64,000 bases of DNA from Eledone cirrhosa (Eukaryota): contig OZ024745.1 in the NCBI GenBank assembly GCA_964016885.1, positions 100,564,001 through 100,628,000 on the forward strand, written 5' to 3'. Below the pieces are notes generated by a model. It made no database searches, was not told the origin of the DNA, and was given only the letters and a program-made list of their open reading frames with translations. Shown here in pieces: positions 56,714 through 64,000 of this stretch (position 1 is its first letter; each line of letters begins with the position of its first letter). Both the position numbers and the translations under genes were made by a program.

Positions 56714-56773
56714 CACATATATATATATATACATATGTATATATATATATATGTATATATATGTATGTATATG

Positions 56774-56804
<31 letters not shown>

Positions 56805-56875
56805 ATATATGTATATATATATATATTTTTTTTCCAGAATATATATATACATATATATATATGTATATATATATG

Positions 56876-56970
<95 letters not shown>

Positions 56971-57595
56971 CAGTGATATGCACATACATCCGCATACTCA
57001 TAAATAGATATGTGCTTATTTGTTTGTTTATGTATGCGTGTTTACGTATGCTTGTGTATGTGTGTTTGTTCACTTATATATGTGTGAATGGTTGTTTATG
57101 TATGTGTGCTTAAACATGGCTGTCATCAACAATTTTCACACATACGTTTTTATGCATTTACACAAGTACGCATTTTGTGTGAGAGTAAATATATAACATA
57201 AAAGTAAATAAAATAAGATAAAAATTACTAGAATGTTCTGTTATCTCATGAAATGCAAAAATAAATAAATAAAGGTGCTACTTAAGAAAACCGTAATGAA
57301 AAATAAAACAAATTTAAGGCCTTTATTTTATTGACATAATTGAAAGCATACTTCAGTGGAATTTCAAAACATCTGGCTTTTAAATCTCGAGTTCAGATTT
57401 ATATGTATTTTCTTTTCTTTAAAGAACGAGTAAAGATTAGCGAGGCTTTGCTGGTAAATTGTGAAAAAAAAAAAGAAAAAAAAATTGTATGGAAAAGCAA
57501 GGATTTGTGAATTGTTTTCGCAAACGTAACAGCAAGAAAATAAAGAATAAGGGGGAATATATGAGAAGAACTGAAGCGAATGTTTGTTGATGAAT

Positions 57596-57658
<63 letters not shown>

Positions 57659-57692
57659 CATACATATACATATATATGTACAATATATATAT

Positions 57693-57770
<78 letters not shown>

Positions 57771-57777
57771 ATATATG

Positions 57778-57815
<38 letters not shown>

Positions 57816-57840
57816 TTGAATTTTATTGAGAAAGATAGAT

Positions 57841-57904
<64 letters not shown>

Positions 57905-57913
57905 GAGAGAGAG

Positions 57914-57973
<60 letters not shown>

Positions 57974-59081
57974 GAAGTGGAATTGGGGTAATTGAAAATA
58001 GCAAATATGAAACACAAATGATATCTAAATGTAAATAATAATAATGTAAATAAAAATAATGAAAAATTAATGAAATAATACGACACGCACACACATAGAC
58101 ACACACATACACACACATACCAAGATTAATAACTAAGAATATATATTTAAGAAGTAAAGATTTGGAAGGAATCTATAAATGTATTGAGAAAAGTGCCCAA
58201 GGCAGTGACATTGATGGCAACGGTGGAGGTGGTTGTGATGCGGAGTGTGCTATTGTCACAAGCAACAAAATCCTTATAATTAATTTCTTTCGTAATTCCT
58301 TGGATTACACCGGTTTCGCCATTTTCATACTTCATTTGTTTTATATGGTTGTTGTAGTTGTTTAATCCTAAATCAACCCTTAATAAGCAGATCTATGATG
58401 AAAAGAGATCCACTAATAATAAAACAGTTAGATTTTTCTCCTTTTTATCTAGCTTTGTGAAATCCTGTTGTGACCTACATGGGTGGTAGACGTAATCCTT
58501 CGCCCGGTTTAACGCCATCAATTGAACGTTGGGTGTCTTTACTAGAATCTACACTATTGCAAACGTTCAGGCCGCGAAAAAGGTTATGGCACTGTACTTT
58601 CCTTCTTCATTAAATGACAAACAAGTCTACACTATTCCTTGTTTCCTTATGTAATTCGAGGGAGATTTGGCTGCTATATCTTGAAGGTTGAGTAACTAGA
58701 TACAAGCTTTCGCGTTAGGTGGAGATACTTCTTTTGTTTTACTCTTATCTAACGTTAAGTCTTAAAACATGAAATATTTTCTTAGCTAATGCATAGTCTA
58801 ACTTTATACAGTTTATCAAAACGTCTCTCTCATATCCACAAATATATTTCTAAAACAAATCTTCAACAAACAAAGAAAACTTTACACAATATATTTACAA
58901 TACGAAAAAAATAAGAAAAAAAATATCGCGAAAACGAATAAAACTTTAGCCGTAAATCGTAAACTATTTCTCTCAACGTTAGTTCGATTTCAACTCCGTA
59001 TTCGTTTATCTTAATGTCTTTCAATTACCCACCCTGCCTTGTCTCTCTTCAAAAACACGTTTCAACGTGTATTTATATATA

Positions 59082-59428
59082 CAGGGTGGTCCGAAAGTCT
59101 TGTCACCCCTTGTCACATATTGTTTTAACTTTCATTATTTATTGTTTTAATAATATAATATATAATATCATTAATTATAATGTATAATAATAATAATAAT
59201 AATATAATTTTCTATTTAAGAGCTCCTACAGTTCGAAAGAGAGGCTGCTTGCAAGTGTATGGACACATGATCGTGTGCATTCTGGAAAGAGCATGGAGGT
59301 TGTGTGACATGACTTCACTGCAAGATTCGGCAAACCAACTCCTCTGAAGAGGACGATACTGCGATGGGAACATAAACTGTCTCTCATTACTTTTTGGTAG
59401 AGGGTGACAAGACTTTAGGACCACTCTG
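59082..59428 (+). mobile_element. Internally deleted Tc1/mariner-type element with TA target duplication
   Basis: TIRs CAGGGTGGTCCGAAAGTCTTGTCACCC / GGGTGACAAGACTTTAGGACCACTCTG, flanked by TA; interior translates to SSYSSKERLLASVWTHDR..SGKSM...F.ARFGKPTP.KRTILRWEHKL (transposase N-terminal HTH-like). Confidence 0.85.
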
Positions 59429-60356
59429 TACATATGTGTGTGTATGCATGTTATGACGTGCTGTGTGTGTAAGTCGCCAATCCTCGATTGCATTGTTCTT
59501 CTATAAAACACAATCGCTAATTCATTTTTTAAGTAATTAAGATCATTTATAGATAGTACCACTATCAGAACATTACGTTGCATCGCACCATGAACGTAGT
59601 GTCAAATCTGGTGAAATTTAGTCTTCCAAACTACCTGAAAATTTTACCAATTTTTAACTCATTCACAGGTTTTGCGAAATTATCAGCTTGAGACTGGTTG
59701 AGTTTGGTGGCATAAGAGAGTATCATATCTAATTCTCTAGGTCACCCGTTACTTACAGAAGGAAGAGCAGCGCGCATGTACCTTTCATGGCTCCCGAGTT
59801 TAGAGGGGTGAAGTAAGATAGAAAACGTAACACTATAGATTACGCATTTAGAGTATAACCAAAATGTGTATATAAATTTACAACTTTTCTAGTATAGTTC
59901 GGTTGATTAACGCACAACTTCATATATATCTTTACTACCAATAGGAACCCTAATAATATGCAAATTAGGATATTACTATAAGTGATAGGGTATATAATCC
60001 CCTCATTTACGTTTTTCCTCCTGGTTATTTGGATAATATACACCTGATGATGAACCTAAATAGATCCGAAATTCTATTAAAGGTTTTTATCGTCTTTTGT
60101 TTTTCAATGTACAAGGAAACATATTTGGCATGTTTACATGTTTATATACTAAAAATGAGTAAATGTATATACACATTTACACATATCGGTTACATTTATT
60201 CTGTATATATAACTTTAATATAGGTTATGTTCAGACAAGAGATGTACTTCAAACGCTAGCAAAAGAGTGGACTTCTACAAGCACAACAAGAGGCCAGTCT
60301 GTATTGAACGAGACTTTAAATATTAGATTCTATAGCAATATATATACTCCCATTAT

Positions 60357-60865
60357 TGGATTGGCAGTATCGGTAGAGGGTCGGACGCCATGCTTTTCAG
60401 CATAGTTACGTCCCTTTACGATCTGAGTTCAAATCCCACCGAGGTTGACTTTGCCTTTCATCCTTACGGGGTCGATAAAATAAAGTACCAGTAATGTACT
60501 GGTTAATTGCTGGCCTTGTGCCTAAAGTAGAAACAATTATTTAGTTCCATATAAAGTACCAGTAATGCACTGTTCCAAATAAAGTACCAGTAATGCACTG
60601 GGTAATTGCTGGCCTTGTGCCTAAAGTAGAAACAATTATTTAGTTCCATATATAAGGCGGTGGTTTGGTAGTATCGGTAGAGTATCGGACAATATGCTTT
60701 ACAGCATATAGTTATGGCCCTTTACGTCCTGAGTTCAAATCCCACCTAGGTGAGCTTTCCTTTTCATCCTTACGTGGTCGATAAAATAAAGCACCAGTAA
60801 TGCACTGGGATCGATTTAATCGATTTGCCTCTCCCTTGTGCCTAAATCAGAAACAATTATTTAAC
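60357..60865 (+). mobile_element. Tandem cluster of tRNA-derived SINEs (full copy, duplicated tails, second full copy)
   Basis: Consensus at 60357-60540 and 60655-60862; repeated ATAAAGTACCAGTAATGCACTG tails at 60551-60640. Confidence 0.88.
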
Positions 60866-61225
60866 TTCATATAAGCGCTGATCTAACAGAATTGTAAGCC
60901 AAAGTTTCCAGCAATAACCAACATGCTATCTGTTCATTAGACTGCCTTCAACTAGATAGTCAATGATGTCGACCACAGTACTGATACTATTTTTTCTGAG
61001 TGTAACTGAAAAGTCAATAAATGAGAGAATATGAACATTAAGATGAGTGATACTGGAAATAAATTTTGATTTCTAGCATTGTAAAAAACAAAGTATTGTA
61101 GGAAACCGAAATTTATCTTCAATAGAACAGGTTCCAGTATTTGACTTGCTCTTATTTCATCGACTACAGATATCATATAAATATATCTGTGGTCAGGCAC
61201 ATATATGATTTAATTATGTTATTTA

Positions 61226-61418
61226 AGGCGGTGGATTGGCAGTATCGGTAGATGGTCGGACGCCATGCTTTGACGCATAGAGTTACGGCCCTTGCCATTC
61301 TGAGTTCAAATCCCGCCGAGGTTAACTTTGCCTTTCATCCTTACGGGGTCGATGAAATAAAGTACTAGTAATGCACTGGGTAATTGCTGGCCTTGTGCCA
61401 AAAGTAGAAACAATTATT
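61226..61418 (+). mobile_element. tRNA-derived SINE (same family as 2115)
   Basis: Close to consensus, with A/B boxes and central domain. Confidence 0.9.
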
Positions 61419-62465
61419 TAAGTGCATGACTATGAGTTTATACTTCTTCGGCATACATAAATCACCAATTATGTAACTTATCAAAATTAAGTTAACTTAT
61501 GAAGTTATGATGAAACTTTTCGATTTTATTATGACCTCGTCAACAAAACATGGTTTTCACTATGGTTTCCAAAGTGTTAATAGAAGAATTTCTAAGCAAT
61601 GCACAAAATTGTAGACCATGGTTGAAGATTCGTAAAACTTGTTCAATGAAAAAATATATTTTCACAAAGAAATGTTGAACAAAATTGCTTTTAGAAATAC
61701 TTAGTTTGACAATGTTTTTTGGGTGAATTTATAAAGAAAAAAAAATTATTGTCTTGACTTTATATTATATTCTTCTGAAACAGACGCCGAAAGAAAAATG
61801 TTAATATTAATTTTTAGGACGATACATATTTATCAATGTTCCTATATAATTGCTAAAGTATTCCATGATATTTGTTAATTTTTTGTTACCACAGAGTTCT
61901 GGATATCTTCCATTCAATTCAGTACAATTTAATGTCATTGTATTTTTACAATGAACATTCTATTGTAGCGATGGATGCAATAATGATTCATACATTTTAC
62001 AATAACATAACAATCATATGATGATACACATATAATACGTAAGGAAACATAGTTAGAATACAATATGGCAATAACAACGTGTAACGTGAAAATAATAATT
62101 TAGATAACAATAAGAAAAAGAAAGAAAAAAGAGAAAGAAAGAAGAGATATTGTTGTCGATAAAGAAATACAAATATGTTTTATAATCGATATTGCTGAAG
62201 ACAACTATAATACTCAAACAACTGGAAAAATAATTTATTTAGAATTTAGATCGTAGGATGTTGAGAGAAATGGGAAATAGGTTCAATTCCCGAATATTTC
62301 TACAGTGTGTATGTATGGTCCCGTAATTCCTGATAGGGACGCTGTATTGACATACGGCGTTTCTTGGGCATTTTAAGTCTGGTGGAGCCAATCCCTCAGA
62401 TTTCTTCTAGAGAAAGATAGAAAGTGAGAGAGAGGAAATGAGAAAGAGATATAGAGGAGGAATCC

Positions 62466-62618
62466 ACCCCAGTACTAAACTAATACATTTTTATCGACCT
62501 CGAAAGGATGAAAGGCAAAGTTGACCTCGGTGGGATTTGAACTCAGAGAGCCCGAGCCCGAACGAATAACATAAAGCATTCTATTCGACGTTCTAACGAA
62601 TCTGTCAATTTGCCGCCT
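62466..62618 (-). mobile_element. Older tRNA-derived SINE
   Basis: TATCGACCTCGAAAGGATGAAAGGCAAAGTTGACCTCGGTGGGATTTGAACTC. Confidence 0.8.
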
Positions 62619-63049
62619 ATTTCTACACTATAACAACCGCAAATAAAGCAAACATCATTTTTATATAAAAATTTACATTGTTTGGGACTGCAAATATTAT
62701 CAATATATTAAACTTTAATGGAAAACGATATTTCCATAATCAAGATATCATCAGCTACTCTGAGTATACAATGAGATAACATCAAGAGAAAGCACGATAC
62801 AAGAAAGGGTAAGTTTATCAGAAAAAACCTAACAGGCAGTCATTGTTAGGTCGGTTAAAATTTAATTTTCTACTACAAATCACAACTAAACTCCAGAGAA
62901 GAATTGAAAGAGAGAGAGAAAAGAAGAGAGAGGAAGAACTGTTAAACATTCTTATCTTTATATTTGGTAGAATATAATTTTAGTGTTGTGACAAAACACA
63001 GACAAAGGAAAAAAAACTAACTGTATATCACAAGATGAAAAGAATTATG

Positions 63050-63835
63050 ACTGAAGTTCTTTTTCGCCCACTTATTCCTGAGAGTGTTGTGGGGCAAAGT
63101 CCTCAAACACTCATTCCAGCGAAACCTGTCAAAAGCAACTGCCTCCAGTTGATCCGGATGGATCAGCTGAGTTCATGGATGTTGTCCAACCATGTTGTTC
63201 GGGGTCTACCTTTGAGTCTCCTGTCGGGTGGTTTTGCCCGTAAAATCTTTCCAGCGATTCTTTACTAAGACATTCTAGCTATGTGCTTGCAGCTTTGGTG
63301 AAGTAGCGGCTCTACATGGAGCGACTCGCTGATCTCCAAGATACGCACACCATCAAGTAACATTACTTCAAAGACGAATGCTGAAACTGGCGGATTATTG
63401 CACCAGTTCCTGCAAATGTGGCACTTGATTCTAATTCAGCCTACCCCGGAAACCGACTCCTACATTAAATGGTTTCGATTTAGCACCATTTATCCGGACG
63501 AAGATACTAGGGCAACAAAAACTATTCATAGATTCAATATCCCTGTAGAACCTTCCACAAGTCCTGTAGAACGCAGTGATATGCCTTTTCGAGGTTTTCG
63601 TATCAAGCATACACCTCTTGGCAGTACTCCCATTATTTCTTAAAGTCGTATTCCAAATTAACTCCAATGTATTCCCATGTCCTAACTTTGGACGCCTTTA
63701 CTGTTTCTGCTGCATGTACCACAAGTGCAAGGACTTATTTCCAAACCAAGCTTTATAGGCCTCCTTCTTTGCTCGGATGGCATCTTTAACCTCTGAACCA
63801 AGGGGTCCTCTTACCATCCGGCCCCTCTCTAGATG
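63050..63835 (-). mobile_element. Deleted RTE/RTE-X-like LINE fragment
   Basis: Minus-strand EVKDAIRAKKEAYKAW and terminal RIAGKILRAKPPDRRLKGRPRTTWLDNI. Confidence 0.7.
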
Positions 63836-64000
63836 AGAAGAGTTAAGAATGATAGAAAAATCAAAGCTATTTGTAATAAACAGCAAACACATCGATCTTA
63901 CTAAACTTGAAATTATCAGATATGGATTTGCTGTATTTTTAAATATCTTGAAATTTAAACTGAAATTACTGAGGAAATTATGTTATTTTATGAATTTGAA

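Noticed and set aside
60476-60650. Short repeated units resembling a CRISPR array
   Set aside because: Duplicated SINE tails in eukaryotic DNA, with no unique spacers or cas genes

Overview
AT-rich, microsatellite-dense animal DNA, most likely octopus/cephalopod (inferred from the SINE types and repeat landscape), and apparently intergenic or intronic. I cannot support any host protein-coding gene, and nearly all track ORFs are (TA)n/(CA)n/(GA)n artefacts. Recognisable content: a near full-length, degenerate L1/Tx1-type LINE (~38.7-43.9 kb) with three 5'-truncated relatives stacked head-to-tail at (TATC)n; several Penelope-like (RT + GIY-YIG) remnants that each begin at a (TA)n tract; CRE/RLE and RTE fragments; many tRNA-derived SINEs; and MITEs. 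The main hidden signal is about 20 type I hammerhead ribozyme motifs, intact or decayed and from many unrelated sequence families, read by eye. They sit in short (TA)n-flanked modules that often show fold-back (inverted) duplication. The clearest case is a ~530-bp hammerhead-bearing unit at 7.1-8.8 kb (one inverted plus two tandem copies) whose forward array starts 6 nt after the predicted self-cleavage site. That is consistent with a retrozyme/circRNA-type non-autonomous system mobilised by Penelope elements. All folds and coordinates are manual and need computational confirmation.
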